IMG/VR virus record: IMGVR_UViG_3300031787_000005
Length of the DNA stretch: 64,000 bases
Origin: a virus
Strand: one strand, 5' to 3'
Shown: positions 1 through 15,300 of the stretch, piece after piece
How positions within the stretch are numbered: the first letter of the stretch is position 1
How the letters are laid out: each line of letters begins with the position of its first letter
Position numbers and translations under genes: made by a program
Notes under the pieces: model-generated
The model's database searches: none
The model's input: the letters and a program-made list of their open reading frames with translations, nothing else
Told to the model about the DNA's origin: nothing

Positions 1-1728
1 AGGAATATTTGATCTTTGGAGAATAACATCTCCACCAAAATCTGTTTGGAATCCCGAAAATGTTGGATTAGAATCTTGCCATACTGATTTAATATCTTCT
101 GTAGAATAAGCAGTTACGGAAGAAACACTTCTGGGAAATTCTTGAGTTTCATTAATTATAAGTGCTTCCCCTACAATAAAGGTTCCAGAGGTCTGTATGA
201 GGTTTATTGTTGTGCCTGCAGCAGCAGTTACCACATATCCTGATGCTCCGCTACTCACACCCCTTACAAGAGATGTAGCGGGGCACTGAGTCGAGTTAAG
301 TGCTTGATTTAATGTTAGAGTTATATATGTCTGTAAGTCAAATAAGAACAAGTCCCAGGAAGTTGCACCAGTTCTATAAATGTCATCCGTTAATCCAAAT
401 GAATAAACTCTTGCTTCGCCAATTTCAGTTCCATTTCCAGCGGTTGTTGAGTTTCTTCTTTGATTATAAAGTTTTACTTTGTTACTGTTATTGTTTATTC
501 CAAAAAATGGAGTACCAAAAACGTTATTTAATCTTAATAATGTACCAAATTCAAAAGGAATGAGTGCTCTTGGAACCAATGCCGTTGTTCTTGGTTTTTC
601 TACATCAACAATAGTATCTGTTTGTTTTTCTATATCAAAACCTTTAACGTATGCTCTACCTGGAGAAATTTTTACAGACATTAGATTGTCTGATGGGGTT
701 AGTCCGTTTTGTGTTGTTTCTCCAGGTAAATAAGTACCTTCATTTGAAAGTCTATCATTTAAAGATTCTGTGACATTGACTATAAACTTATCTACTGCAT
801 AATTTCCCGACTCTTCAAATGTCCTCTTTGCAAAATAATCTTTAACGATTGAATATGTCGATTTATTCTGTAATTTTTTAATTAATCCACCATTTAATCT
901 TAATAACTCTACGAAATTCTTATCATCAATATCCGTTAGTGGTTTTTTAGTTAACGTCGTTGAAATTTTTAATCTGTCTGCACCTGGTGCAGCAAAGTTA
1001 GAAAATCCTCTTGCATTATCATAAAGATTTGGATCTTCTTTGATTGTGGTTATTTCTTCCGAAATATTTAATCCTACTCTATACGATGGTTCATTTGTAT
1101 ATGGATCTAAAACAATTTTATCTGCTGAAACATTAACAAAAGATCCTCTGATGAAATATACACCATTTGCAACAGCTGCAGCACAACCAATAGCACAAGC
1201 ACCAGTTGCTATTAAAGTTGCTACAGTATCATCTTCATTTAATGTCGTATTTCCATATGTAAATGCTGTTTCAGTTATTAACTCTTCTCCATCATCTAAA
1301 AACTTAATCGTGTTATCATCGCCAGCATTTAGATATTGGACGAATAATGTCAAATCAGTAATTTCGCTTGAATCCTCTGGGGTTAAATATGAGTCTACTA
1401 CTACGGAAATACCAGTAATTGATCCTGTGAGTTTTTTGCCAATTAATTGATCGGCATATAAAATAACAGGAATTCCAAGATGCTCTGTGTTTATTTTTAT
1501 CGAATGATAATCCGAAATATAAGTAATGCCACCAGGAATAACCATGGAGCCATCTTTAAACATATGGCTTCCAAAAGACTCAATTTGATCTTGAAGGATA
1601 GATTGTAAAGTTGTTAATTCTCTTGCCTGAATTGGAAATCCAGGTTTGAATAAAACTCTATAATAGTTATTCTCTTTATCAAAATCATCATAATATGGAT
1701 TAAGATTTAGATTAGTCTTTTGTGGCAT
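1..1728 (-). CDS. DUF4815-type virion/baseplate structural protein, N-terminal part (runs off the window)
   Basis: Read manually: ATG at 1728, MPQKTNLNLNPYYDDFDKENNYYRVLFKPGFPIQARELTTLQSILQ..., the typical start of the cyanophage gene after gp8; absent from the ORF track because no stop lies inside the window. Confidence 0.8.
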   Translation of the reverse strand, partial: MPQKTNLNLNPYYDDFDKENNYYRVLFKPGFPIQARELTTLQSILQDQIESFGSHMFKDGSMVIPGGITYISDYHSIKINTEHLGIPVILYADQLIGKKLTGSITGISVVVDSYLTPEDSSEITDLTLFVQYLNAGDDNTIKFLDDGEELITETAFTYGNTTLNEDDTVATLIATGACAIGCAAAVANGVYFIRGSFVNVSADKIVLDPYTNEPSYRVGLNISEEITTIKEDPNLYDNARGFSNFAAPGADRLKISTTLTKKPLTDIDDKNFVELLRLNGGLIKKLQNKSTYSIVKDYFAKRTFEESGNYAVDKFIVNVTESLNDRLSNEGTYLPGETTQNGLTPSDNLMSVKISPGRAYVKGFDIEKQTDTIVDVEKPRTTALVPRALIPFEFGTLLRLNNVFGTPFFGINNNSNKVKLYNQRRNSTTAGNGTEIGEARVYSFGLTDDIYRTGATSWDLFLFDLQTYITLTLNQALNSTQCPATSLVRGVSSGASGYVVTAAAGTTINLIQTSGTFIVGEALIINETQEFPRSVSSVTAYSTEDIKSVWQDSNPTFSGFQTDFGGDVILQRSNIP

Positions 1729-1730
1729 TT

Positions 1731-3281
1731 TTAAAATTCCAGAATGATTTTAACGTCTTCTTTTTGTCGAGAATTTCTACTAATTGCGGGTCTATTGTCA
1801 ATATAAAGAACATCCCCCGATCCTTTATTTATCTCAGGAGAAGCAAGACCATTAGTAAATCTAGATCCTAAACTAATAATTTTAGTACCTGTTGGATTTG
1901 TTGTAATTCCAGTAAATGAAATATCAATTGATCCAACAAATCCACCATTTGTTGTTAATGGAGTTGCAGTTGATTGAAAATCTAAAACTTTAGATGCTGT
2001 TCCAACTCCAATATAATCTGTTTGATCCAAATAAGTTTGGTTAAAATATAATGATCTATCTCTAAAATATTTTAGAACCTTTGTTTCTTCATCATATGAG
2101 GCAACATATCCTTTAGCGATTCCACCAGTTACATTTTGAGATACAATATCTCCAATATTAATCGATCCACTAGTTGAAATAAATTTCACTGCATATAATG
2201 AAGAAAATTCACTATCTGTATATGTTGACGTTGATCCAATGGAAGTTGGATTTTTTAGAACTGCTATTTGAGCAAATTTTGTATCTACAGGAAAATCTTT
2301 TGTAGAATCGTCAAATCTTGCATAGATTAAAACTCTGTCAGCACCTAGTTCTTTATATAAATCATATCCATGTCCTTTTGATGGTGGAATTATTGGAATT
2401 AACTTTGCAAAATTTGCAGATGCATTGGAGTTAATCGTTGCTAAATTTACAATTCCAAAAGTATAACCTTTTCCACCAGCAGAAACTGTAGCATTTGTGA
2501 TTTCACCACCAACCACATCAAGAATTACTTTTCCGCCAGTTCCATCACCTAGAATATCAACTTCCTGTCCCAGTCCCCCAGAATATCCAGATCCTCGATT
2601 TGCAATATAAACTTTTTTAATTTGATTATTATTTACACTAGAATCTCCATTAGATCTAACAGCATCTATTTGAGTATCAGTTGATGTACTCCAATTATTT
2701 GGTAATGAAATATACTCTGTAGAATCAAATTTAATAATATCATTAGGTGCTACTGTAAACAAATACTTCCAAAGATATCCATCTCCACTTTCACCTGCTC
2801 TAGAAGGTTCCAGAGTTGTGAAAAGTGGTTGATCTTGAGAAGCATTACCAGTGGTGTTTATTCCCGAAGATCCATTATCAATGCAAACATAAACACCATA
2901 ATTTTCATTCATTACATAATAATTTGCATCATACAATCTTGTTGATTGTGTTACTGGAGATGGTGCTTCAACACCATAATCATGTCTGTACATCTCATAT
3001 CTTGTACCTTTGCTCCAATCAATTCTTCTTATAAGTCTTCTTACGTTCAAACTGGTTACTTTTTTTCCAAATAAAATGGTATCTCCAATATGATTAACAT
3101 TATTAATGTTATCAAGAGGACTTGGTACATTTGTATTCCAAGAAGGAGTGCCACCAAAACCAACTCTTGTTGGGTTTGCCAAACCTAAAACAACATAATA
3201 TGAATTGTTGACATTATCAACAGTATCTACAAAATTATTTGCATTTAAAATTCTAAATTGATCCGTTACAATAGCAGCCAT
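1731..3281 (-). CDS. gp8: Baseplate wedge subunit gp8
   Basis: 516 aa, MAAIVTDQFRILNANNF start, RRIDW..G..Y.MYRHDY and GDGYLWKYLFT motifs; follows gp7. Confidence 0.88.
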   Translation of the reverse strand: MAAIVTDQFRILNANNFVDTVDNVNNSYYVVLGLANPTRVGFGGTPSWNTNVPSPLDNINNVNHIGDTILFGKKVTSLNVRRLIRRIDWSKGTRYEMYRHDYGVEAPSPVTQSTRLYDANYYVMNENYGVYVCIDNGSSGINTTGNASQDQPLFTTLEPSRAGESGDGYLWKYLFTVAPNDIIKFDSTEYISLPNNWSTSTDTQIDAVRSNGDSSVNNNQIKKVYIANRGSGYSGGLGQEVDILGDGTGGKVILDVVGGEITNATVSAGGKGYTFGIVNLATINSNASANFAKLIPIIPPSKGHGYDLYKELGADRVLIYARFDDSTKDFPVDTKFAQIAVLKNPTSIGSTSTYTDSEFSSLYAVKFISTSGSINIGDIVSQNVTGGIAKGYVASYDEETKVLKYFRDRSLYFNQTYLDQTDYIGVGTASKVLDFQSTATPLTTNGGFVGSIDISFTGITTNPTGTKIISLGSRFTNGLASPEINKGSGDVLYIDNRPAISRNSRQKEDVKIILEF

Positions 3282-3302
3282 TATACACTTAGCTTTTTTC
3301 TA

Positions 3303-3310
3303 TATTTATA
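3303..3310 (-). promoter_or_regulatory. T4-type late promoter TATAAATA
   Basis: Plus-strand TATTTATA 22 nt upstream of the gp8 start. Confidence 0.75.
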
Positions 3311-3316
3311 TTAGGT

Positions 3317-6300
3317 TTAATCGAGAAGTTTTCTGAGTGATCCAGTACTTCTTAATCCATAATCTCTTCTTTCTATTGATGGGAAAGTTGATAAACCTGA
3401 ATCAACTCTTAAACCACTTACCGTAACCCCAATCGCAACAGATCCTCTTATTATAGGACTTAATTTACCCCAAGAGAATCTACCTACAAAAGATCCAGAT
3501 GTTGTCAATCCAGTAATATTACTATTTGATCCAATATTTGTAATTATCTCCGCATTAGTTGCTGCTCTGGTAATACTATGAACATAATAAATGTTATTCA
3601 AGAAAGTAGTTCCAACTCCAACTGGAGAAGCATCTCCCGAATCTACAGAAGTAACACCTCTGCCAACATTAGTGTCTGTGACGCAAATTGGATATCCAAC
3701 TTGTAAACTACTAAAATCTCCGCTGGAAATCTTAAGATTTAATTTAAGTGCTAGTGAATGTCCACCCGTTCCAGTTGTGGTTGATATGCCCGTAATAATT
3801 CCAGCAAAACCTTCAATTACACTAATATTTCTAACTCTTTCTTTCAAAGGAGCAGGCGTTGGTACTAAAACTTTAGGTGCAACTGTATATCCTAGTCCAG
3901 GATTGGTTATGGTAATTGGGGTAGTTAATCTACCATTAGTGATTGTTACTGTTGCCGTAGCAGTAGTTCCTATCCCAACTCCAAGATTTCTTGGTCGAGT
4001 AATTGAAACTGTTGTTGTATTTCCAACATATCCAGATCCAGCATTTACAATAGTAAGTCCAGTTACTCTTGTATTAGTAACATTAATTGATGCGGTCATT
4101 GATCCAGTTGAATATCCAGTATCATATACGATCAATCCACCAACAGATTCTATGATTGTTGCGGAAGCATCTTCTTCGTAGTTAAAGAATCTTGCATCAT
4201 CAACAAAAAGTTCAGTAGATGCAGGTGTAAAATCTTTTATAATTCTTGCAACTGGATAAATCTGAGACTCTAAAGAATCTCTAGTTTTATATATTGTTTC
4301 ACCATTAATTACTTTATCAATTTTTTGTTTTTTCCATGCAAGTTCTCTAAAATTATCATCATCTATACCCAATCCAGTATAAAGATTAGTTTCTATACTA
4401 TCAGATGCAGCAATTAATGTAATTGTTCTATCTTTCTGTTCTTTGGAAGATGCAATTCCAGTAAATGCTGATAGTTTAACACTATCACCAGATTTTAATG
4501 TTTCTGGTACATCTATGGTAATGCTATCAGACTCTTTTGTACCATTATAGAAGAATATTGAAATACTATCTTCAAATTCTGGTGCCTGAGTAAATGTAAA
4601 TGATGTGCCCCCTGTAAATTCATAAGATTCACCAGGAACTTGAAGAACATTATTGATAAAGATCAAAAGTAAATTCTCCAGTTTTATCAATGATGATTCT
4701 GCATCTTGATCATTAGTTTCAAAACTCAATAACTTACCAGCAAATGCAAGTGGGAATCTCTTTCTCACTCCATTTTGTAGCGGTTTAATGGAATCAATAT
4801 AATCAAATTCTCCAAGTTCCCATGATGCTAATTGGTCACTATAAGTCTGTAATACCGTAATGCTAAAATCACTTATTGGACTTGCTAGTCTAGCATCTGT
4901 GACTAGACCAACTGGTTTAAATACATCACCAACTCTAAATGCATATCCAGGTCTAGAAATATCAAACTCAGTTACTTGGAATAGTGATCCAGGTGCAACT
5001 GTTTTTGATGCTGGAATTATACCAGTTGCGATTGTGGTTGTAATGATCCCAACAAAAGATCCTATTGCTGAAGCAACGTTAGCACAATCAGATGGTGAAT
5101 AGACCCCAGGCACTCCAGAAATATCACCAATTACTGTAAAGTCAAATATTTGTATCTCATTTGTATAACCACCTCTGTTTATAGCCTCATTTCGCATGGC
5201 TTGAATAGCCATATCTCTAGCTTGATTGAATGCATATATTGATTGTTGCTCTTCTCCATATAGGAGTGCTGGATTTGTTTTATATAAATTAGCTGCGTCC
5301 CAAACTTTATCATTTCCACCAAATCTTAAATTGTGTGTAATTGTTTGTAAAACGGATTTAATGTCATCGACACACTCTGCATTGCCATTAGGAACTGAGA
5401 ATCCAGGGTAGAATGCTAACATTCTTCCTACAGCAACTTCCGCAATTAGTTGTATGTTGCTTTCAATTAAATTAGCAGCATCATAAAATACACCATCATA
5501 TGCAATATTATCATTTGAACCAACTTTGAGTGTTAATAGTGTATTTAATCCACTATCTGTTGTTGATCCAAGACCAACTCTGGATACTCCAACAATTGGT
5601 AGATTTTCATAAGATGGTTCTCTAATATTGATATTTGTGGTTGTAGCAGCATATCCAGTTCCAGCATTAGCGATTGAGAATATAAGTGTTCCACCAGCTC
5701 CTACAACAGCATTAATAACGCCAGAATTTCCGGTTGGTGATGTAATTGCAATGGAAACGGGTCCACCATAATATCCAGAACCATAATTATAATCTTTCCA
5801 TTCAATTCCTACAGAACATGATCCAAGACCAGTATAAGTATGTGCAATTGTTGAAATTCCACCATTAACTACAATTGTACTGCCACCTGTTCCAACTAAA
5901 GATCTGAAAATACCGCCTTCTGGACCTGCTCCTGGATATGGGAAAATATTTGTTGTTACCCCAACTGTTGCAGTTCCTCCAGATACATATACATGATTTA
6001 CCGTTGAAACTCCAACATTTAGAACAATAGTGGTTCCAGCTGTCCCAGCAATGACTCTATAAACATCATAAGTACCTTCAAGAGTATTCTTACTACTTTG
6101 TGGGTATGCATTACCTAGAGTTCCAATACCTGCGGGATATGGGAATCTAGTTGTTGAATATCCTATTGGATTGCCAGGGCATGAAAGAATTATATTTGCC
6201 AATCTTACATATTTTCCTGCTCTTAAATTATGATTTCCATTAACTGTGATTGTTGCAATCCCAGCAGTTCTATTATAAACTAATCCAGTTACATTAAATG

Positions 6301-9300
6301 TTGAAATTCCAGTCCAGGAATTACATGAGAATCTTAGACCAGAAAGACCAAGTGGATCTCCAACTCTGAGATTATGTGCCCCATTTAATATAAATGTTGC
6401 AATACCAGTAGTATTGTCATAAGATCCAGTGACAATACCAAGAACTTTTGTTGGTGCAGAGTATGTGCCAATAGCAACTATAGTTGATATTCCACCAGAA
6501 GCATTTGTAACAATTCCAATTTGAGCTGGATAAAGAGGTGCAAATCCAAGTCCTTGTGTAGATCCAAATGAAATTATGACTCCACCTCTGGGAAGTTGAT
6601 TTTGATTTACATCATCTGTTGAAATAATATTTTGACCATTTGAAGATGTAATGCCAGAGAAAATAATACTACTTATTCCAACTGTTCCAACAATATAGGA
6701 TGATTGTGCGTATCCAACTGCATATTGGCTATAGTCTTGAACTATATTATCATATGGAAGTAATTCTGGATTTGGAATGTTTGATACTGGCAAATCAAAT
6801 TGTTTAAATGTGTATACATTATCTGGATTATTAGCTGTTGTTGGAGTCTGGAATATTCCATTCAGGAATAAGAATGCACTTCCGGTTTGAATTCCAGTTG
6901 TATTAAGTCCAGAAACAGTTGCTGTATAAGTTCTGCCTACACCACTCAAAGATGTTGAAATATCATCAAATATTCTATTATTGGAATAATCTTTCCTTAA
7001 ATAAACTCTTCCACCAAATACAGCTCTTGGATATGGAACATTATTCGAATTTTTTTCAAGTGTTCCCTTTCCTGTAGGTGCAGATGTAAAGTAAATAATA
7101 CTTCCAGAATCTATATTGTAAGTCCCACTATAAACTCTAACAGTACTTCCGATTCCATGAGAAGTTCCAATTGATCCAAGATACCCCCTTGTTACTTCTA
7201 TATTTGTAAAAGTACCAAAACCAGTAATTTGAGCACCAGAAGTAGTTGCAAATCCTACGTTGATGATTCTCATAATCTCATCATCAACTTTTATTGTCGC
7301 ATCTGGAATAAAATCTCTGATAGTTCCAAGAGAAAGTACAGAGGTTGACTCTCCAATTCCAGCTTGTAGTGGAGTATTTACTGGAGTATATGCTAATGGA
7401 TATTGAACAACACCATCAATTGTTATAAGAGTTTTTTCAAGTTTTGTGCTCATTTGAAGTTCATGAGCATTTCCAGATCCAAGACTTGTAAAAGTCACAT
7501 AAATTCCGGCCAGTGCATCGGACTTTCTTGTTGATAATCTGAATCTATCCTCATCAATTCTAATCGCATATACTTCAGATGGTAAAATGTCAGTGCTAAA
7601 TCCAGCTTGAGTTATTGACGTATTAATGCCAACCGCAGTTGATCCAATTCCTATGAATGTAGAACCTGGAGTATAAATTAATTTTTCTCCAGTATTGAAG
7701 AAATGTTTTTCAATTGTAAATACTCCAGTTACTGGATTTAAGAATATTGAGCTAGATGGTGAAAACTTTTTACTGAAGATAGGTACACCATCAGATGTTA
7801 ATTTAAATGATGTCTTATTTGATCTCGAACCATTAACTGCATTATAAGAAAGCAGTTCCATAGTTTCTCTCAATTTACCATATTCTATAGGTGGATAATT
7901 ATTTGAAAAATCACTTTCGGTGTAAATTACTTCATTAAAAGAGCTTATTTGTAATGATGCGGTAATGCCAGGATCTCTATAGAATCTTAATTGAGCAGGT
8001 GATGTTGAATAATCAATACCAAAAGTTCCAATGCCAGAAGTAGAACCAATAGAGACAAATGGATATTGAGTTATTACAGCATTTCCATTGTTATTTGCTA
8101 CTAATACCTGATGTAGGGCACTAGTATTTCCATAGGATACTCTTACCAAAGATTTTATTGTTGATACTTCTGTCTTATCAAATTTAAATATTGAGGTACT
8201 TGCCGCAGATACTTTTACATAATCAGATTCAAATTTGAATGATCTTTCAGTTCCTTCAATTTGACCATTTAGAATAGATCTATAAGTTCCAACACCTACT
8301 GCTGTAGTTCCAAATCCAACTACTCTGCTTCTTACAACAACTTCACCATTATAAGACGCATTTTGATAATTTAATGCAAAAATTCCTCCACTTAAAGATG
8401 CTGTAAATGTTCCAATTGGAGTGTATGAATTATTGTCTATTGCAATAGTGTCAAAGAAATAATCTGATTGATATGTATTTGTTCCATCATGAGTTATATA
8501 AAGTTCGACAATATTTTTAATTTGCTGATTGTTTTTATCATAAACTTCAGCAGTTACGTACATCGATTCTAGTTTATTTGATTGTGTAGATATTATTTGT
8601 GTTGTTATTCCAATGGTAGCAACATCAACAGATCCTGCTAGATCAATAAACCCAACATTAATTGTTCCAATACCAGCAGTATCTGCATTAAAATAAGTTT
8701 TTAGAATTTTGATATCATAATCAATATCTGTTGTGTTCGCTGGATAGAATCTAAGAGTTTTGTCCCCATATTCGTTTACATTACCTTCAATATCAACTGG
8801 TTGATTAGTTGTTGTAAATATTGATGATTTTTCAAATGTTACTAAATCAGATGGACGCCCCCCAACAACTATTACTTCTGTTGCTTGAATATCGGTAGTT
8901 GCTGGATCAATAATTTGAATCAAAAATCTGGCGAAAGAGTCTTCAAAGATAGTTTCTACATAAGGATTTAATGATGATCTTGAATTTGAAAATAGTGAAC
9001 TTATATCATCAATTTTTAAAACATTATTTGTCCTACATTCGATATAACCAGATAATTTTCTATTTCTAAGTTTTATATCCTTTGACCTTGATTGTACAAC
9101 ATTGTTATCAACAGCCAAATCAAATCCATAAATTGTATCAACGCGATCTTCATTAATGAAGTCAAAAGTAGTAATAGATTCAACTGGTGTTACAGTAACT
9201 CCAGCACCAGAAACAGACTTTACTTCAGTATCTGAGAAATTTTTCAATCCAACTGTGTGTAATAGTGAATTAACTGGATTAATTAATTTTTCAAATTCTA

Positions 9301-12300
9301 TTGGACTCTTAATTGTATATGATAAAGACTGATAATAATCATTATCCGGTAAAACCTGATAATCTTCATTTAATTTGCCGACATTATCTAACCACCCAAG
9401 ATCTTGCCTTGCAGAATAATTAATTTCAAATCTAGCGTTGTTATTGATAAAACTATCAACTTTTGCCCTTGTTCCACTAAATGATCCAATAATTAGATCG
9501 CCAATTTCTAATTCATATCTTCCAACAGCTTTAATAAATGTAGTTCTATCTTCTGTGATCACCAAATCAGTTTCAATATATTCGTTATTAACAAATACAA
9601 GTATCTTTTCACCAATACTAAATTTTGTTGCTCCAGTAACAACATCAAATCTAGGATAATCTTCGTATCTAACGAAAGAAGCAAAAGTAGGAGTTGTTAC
9701 GGCTATTCCAGCATTTGTTGTAATTCCAGTTAAATTAAATTCTAATTCTGCTGGGTTTGTATTTCTATATGCTGTAATATCATAGAATTTAAATTTATTG
9801 TCAATAGCATTAAAACCATTACCACTAGTCTCATATTTCTCAACACCCTCTACAAAAATTTTATCACCAACATTTACAACATTTTGAGCATATCCTGCAA
9901 TTGGTGTTTGAATAGTACAAGTTACTATTCCAGTTGGTCTATCATAAACTACTTTACTGATAGTAAAACTATTAGTATTATTAGTAGCAAAAAGAGTATG
10001 CTTTGAAGAATTTAAACCATTTGGCGCTTCAATGATATTAATTTTTCCTATGCCAGATCCACCTATAGTTGGTGTAATAATTCCATTATCTATCGCAATA
10101 CCATCAGAATTTGCTAATACAAGATCTGGTGCTGATTGGTAATATCTACCTCCATATGTTATGTCTATTGATTTTACAATATTTGTATCAAGTACAAAGA
10201 ATGTTGAGGGTACAAGTGCTTGAGGGCGTAAAGTTACATCAGATGGATATTCAAATCCAGGATCAATAACTCTTACTTGATCAATTTTTCCTATGGTATT
10301 TGACGCCGTATATATTTGAGCTCCAGTTCCATTTACTGAATTAAATCCATTGATAACTGGCAGTTTTTTATAACTAACTCCACTAGAAGTTAAAGATAGT
10401 CTTGCAATCGGACCATTGGCGGTTTTAGAGAAAGTTGTATAAGTGCAACTTTCACATTGGGTACTAGTATATGAAGTTGATTCTGGAATTTTTGTTAACG
10501 ATATTTTAAAATTATTTCCCGCAACATCAAATACAGAATATCTTCCATTATACAAACTATCGATATAATTTATTTTAGACGCATTGGTAACATCTAAATC
10601 AGATGTTGATATAAATCCAGATTTTTCTAAAGCATAGAAAAATACCTGAGGCATCCCAGTGTCATATCTTAAAGTTATTTTTGCATCGCCACTAACCCCT
10701 ACAGTTCCAACACCAGAAACCACAAAATTAGCAGTATTTCCAACGGATATAAATTCATTCTTAAATGCTGAATCATAATAGAATTTTAATCCATATCCAT
10801 CCAGAGTCGAATCTGAAACATCAAATACAATGTCATTATTTCTTACAATATTTAATTGTGGATTTACTAATGCTATAGTATGTGATGCTCCACCAACAGA
10901 ATTTATATTTACGATAGATGGTGGATATATTTTATTATCATATAAAGTTTCTGTAAAATTAAAAGTATTTTCATCTAAAACATAAATGTAGTAATCTCCA
11001 GTTTGCAATCCAGATGCTACCGTAGTAACAGGTCGATAATATACTTTATCACCATTCGTAAATCCATGACGATTGATTGTAATAGTATCTTTTATTGTAT
11101 TGATTCCAGAAGAACTAAACGTAATTCGATTTACAAGAATCCTTTGACCTATGGTATCATATCTAAGTCTAACTGAAGTTGATGTTCCAACACCAACTGC
11201 TTGATTTGATTTAACATCAAGATTGATAATGTCTCCATTCGTTAATCCATGGCTAGTTGAAAGAGAAACTAACGTTGTAACACGATTTACATCAGACGTT
11301 ACTTGAGTAAAATCTGATCTAACTGCATATCCAAAACTATTTGTTCCAAAATTAGCAAAAAATAGTCCTTTTGTTGTTGTAGTCAATCCAACTTGCGTTA
11401 CAATACCAATATGATCATCAGATTGTTTTACAACATAGAATGGTTCCCAATCTCCAGAACTTAGGATTGGTGTTGGACTATCATTAGGAGTTTTTTGTAC
11501 AAATAAAGATCCCTCTCCTGGTGGTTTTTTAATTAAAACTTTTTGATTTGTCTGGAACGGATGATTTGGGAGTCTAATACTCTGAATTGGAATTGATGTA
11601 GTTCCAGTTAGTTCACCAATTCCAATAGTATACGTAACAGATGTGCTGAATCCAACAGAAGTGCCAACACCTACAGATTCAACTGGATTAAAATAAACAA
11701 TATCATTTACTTTTGATTCAAATTTTGGAGTCGATATCGGTAATGAGAAATAAGTTGGAACAAGTTCAACTTTTGCTGATAATGTATGTGCAAATCCAGA
11801 ATTATTTCTAGTAACCCTTAATATTTTACGATCATCAAATCTATTAAGGATCGTCATAGTCTCGGTTCCACTGACTTTTACCACATCACCAACATTCATG
11901 TTTTCTGGAATACTGGAGACATAAATGTCTGTAATAACTCCAACAATAGAAGTTGATGGAATTGCTTTATATAAAAATGTTTGTGATGTTGTAATTCCTA
12001 CTTTGTAATTTTTACCGAGAACATTTTTTAATGATGTACTTATCCCACTCAAATAAACATTATCAGATTGGTTGAAAGTATGTGTTGTTGAAATATAACC
12101 TTGAACTTCATTTTCACTTTTCCAAATAAGAATGACATTTTGATATTTTAATGTATTAGTTGTTATATTGGTTATTTCCTTTCCTTTTATTAGGGAAACC
12201 TGTGCTGAAGCTCCAGATCCACTAGTATCTTCATTATTAAAAATTGCAGAGTCCCCAATTTTGTAATTATCACCTGCAGAGATAATATCTAACCTATCAA

Positions 12301-15300
12301 CAGAACCTCTTAAAACAGACTCTACAACTGATGTTTGGTTAATAATTTCGTTTGATTCAACTATAAAATCACTACCAGAATATTGATTGGATGTATTGTA
12401 CGGTAGAGTATTTCTGATTATTTCAGTTCCTTTAAAATTGTAATCTTGATTGATAATATAAGTTTCATCTAGCAAATTCGATCTAAAAGAATCCCCAAGA
12501 AAATAAGGAAATACCGGTTCAATTGTATTTGTTGTTTGATTTACTTTTAAAGTTGTAAAATATGCATATGTTCCTAATGGAAATTCTGGTGTCTTACAAA
12601 ATCTTCCATTTGATTCGTCTAAATCCCCAGATTCATTATAGACATAATCTTCAATAAAGAATCCTGCAGAGAATCCAGAAGGTCTATTAGTTATTGAATT
12701 AGTATTTAATACATAACTAGAATTTAATAATCTAACGGAAGAATCATTAACTTGAGGGTTATCATATCCATATGGTCCGTAAATTGGATTTCCATCTAAT
12801 GCCCAACCAATTATAGGTGAGTGATTGGATCCAGTATCACCAAAATATTGAGATCCTATATTTGTAGAGTATCCAACTATACAATATTTCAAATTAGTTA
12901 TTGATCTTTTTAAAATATCAGATCCATATCTAGAAAAAGTATTAACTCTTAAACTTCTAACATTTGGATCTAAAGAAACTTCAGATCCAGCTGATTTTAC
13001 TGTTATGCTAGTTGTATCTTGAAGATAATTTACACCAGGATTTATTACTCTGACTTCAGTAATTGCATTATTGACAATTATTGCTCTTAATTTTGCTCCC
13101 GTTCCTTCGCCACTAACAACAAGATCTGGTGTAGAATAATATTCTCTGCCACCACTTAAAACCTGTACGGAATCTATTTTTCCATTTTTAATATAAGGTT
13201 TTAACTGAGCATCTTTTCCAGTCTTTATTGTAATTAGTGGTTTTTTATGTAAATTTAAAATATTGGACCCATAATTAGTTCCTTTTTCATATAGATATAT
13301 GTCATTTATGACTCCACGAATAATGGGTGTTGCAGTTATGATGCCAGATATACCATCACGATATTTTACATTAACACTAATACTGATCGGTGGATATTGG
13401 AAAACTTGATATCCAGTTCCTTTTGATTGAAATTTAATATAATTCTTCCTTTCGTAATTTGAAGTTATTGTTCCACCAATTCCAGCATCTGCAAGTCTAA
13501 ATTTATTATCAGATAGTTTGATAACCTGATATTGTTTTGCTGTGGATAATCCAGAAATGATTGTTGGGAGAGTTGAACCAAGTCCAACATTTGTAGAATA
13601 TACTATTGTCTCACCATCATTAAATCCATGATTTACGAAATTAATCGTATTGTCACTAGTAGAAATACCAGATGGGAAAACTCTTAATTTTCTATTGGAA
13701 TATCCTTCTCCAGAAGATAATACATCAATACGAGTTACATTATTTGCAGACTCCAATAATCTAAATTTTTGGAACCCAATATTACTTGCAGTTGTAAATC
13801 CAATTGTGTTAATTCCAGAATTAAAATCTTTTTCTGTTCTATAAAGTCTTACAGTTTTTGGACCAGTTACTTGTGCAAAATATACTGAACCATTTTCTAG
13901 ATATTCAGTCTTGATACCAGTAGTATCATTTGATCCAGCAAATGTTCCGATGCTTACTGGTGGGCTTCCATTTTTATCATAAACTAATGCTTGTCCATTT
14001 TTAATATTGTGGTCTTTTATAAAACTTAAATCATCCAATATAACATCTAATCCACCACCCTGAGATGATGGCAAAGCACTAAAATCTAATTCTCTATATC
14101 TTTTTGATGTTATTGGTTTCAATATACATCCAGATCCATTTCCACCAGTAATGGTTACTGATACTGCATCGTCAATATCAAAATCTTGTGGATCCACAAA
14201 TACTTCTTTTACTGATCCAGTAACGACAGGTTGAATAAGTGCGGTAGTTCCAATTCCTGGAGATGAAACTTCAATAAGTGGTGGATTAATTACATCATAA
14301 TTTAAACCAGTATTTAATATGTTTATAGACTCTAAAGGTCCAAAATAAATTCGGTCGTTCGACTTATATGAATTTATTTCTACGCCATTTATCATTATGC
14401 CGACTGTTTCAGCTTCCGTTTTTGTCCTATTAGAACGTTGAATGTCTGGGAATAATGGGAATTTTTTAAGACTCTTTTGTGGTCCTATTTTTAGATTATT
14501 TTGGAAAGATAGTGTAAAAGTATGATTTCCTGTTCCTGGATCTAAAGTTCCAAATTCAATATAATCATCTGATGGAATGAAAGACCTTGAGGTATAAAGT
14601 TTAATCTTATTTGATTCTGTTAAAACTCTAACGTAATAAAGACCTTCATCCAATCCAGGAATAGATTGATTTTCTGGTTTATAGTATACTTCATCACCAG
14701 TTATGAATGGAACACTAGACTGGAATGATAATACAGAATATTTTAGTGATGATGGATCATATTCTTGGATTCTATTACCATTTGCTTCACCTAGAGAAAT
14801 TGATGATAAATTAGTTGTAATTGGATATGATGGTAGAGAATTTGAAGCAACATACATGTATTCATCATTTTCATTATAAACATTTTGAACATCGGATGTG
14901 ATTACATTATTTCCATATTCAATTTGTGCTCCAGAACTTGTTGCTTTATTTAAATTTCTACGGATGTCATACTCTTTAAGTGGATCAACATTAAATCCAG
15001 ATAGATTATTTAAAAGAATTTCTTTCGTTGATTTATTAATGTTAGATACAATTGCTCCAGCATATTCAACGATTTGTGTATTTCTTCTTAGAATTTCAAT
15101 TGTATCTCCAACTTTGAGAGAAGATTTATCTATATCCGAATAGAGTAAAAATGTGCTACCAGATATTCCTTTTACTTGATATCTAACGGAAGTATTGTAT
15201 ATCCAGGTATTAGAAAAAATTTGTTTCTTAGTTTTAAATTGATCGGGATTTTTTATTATTTCTCCCAGGTTTTTGACGTATATTATTTCTCCTTCATCAG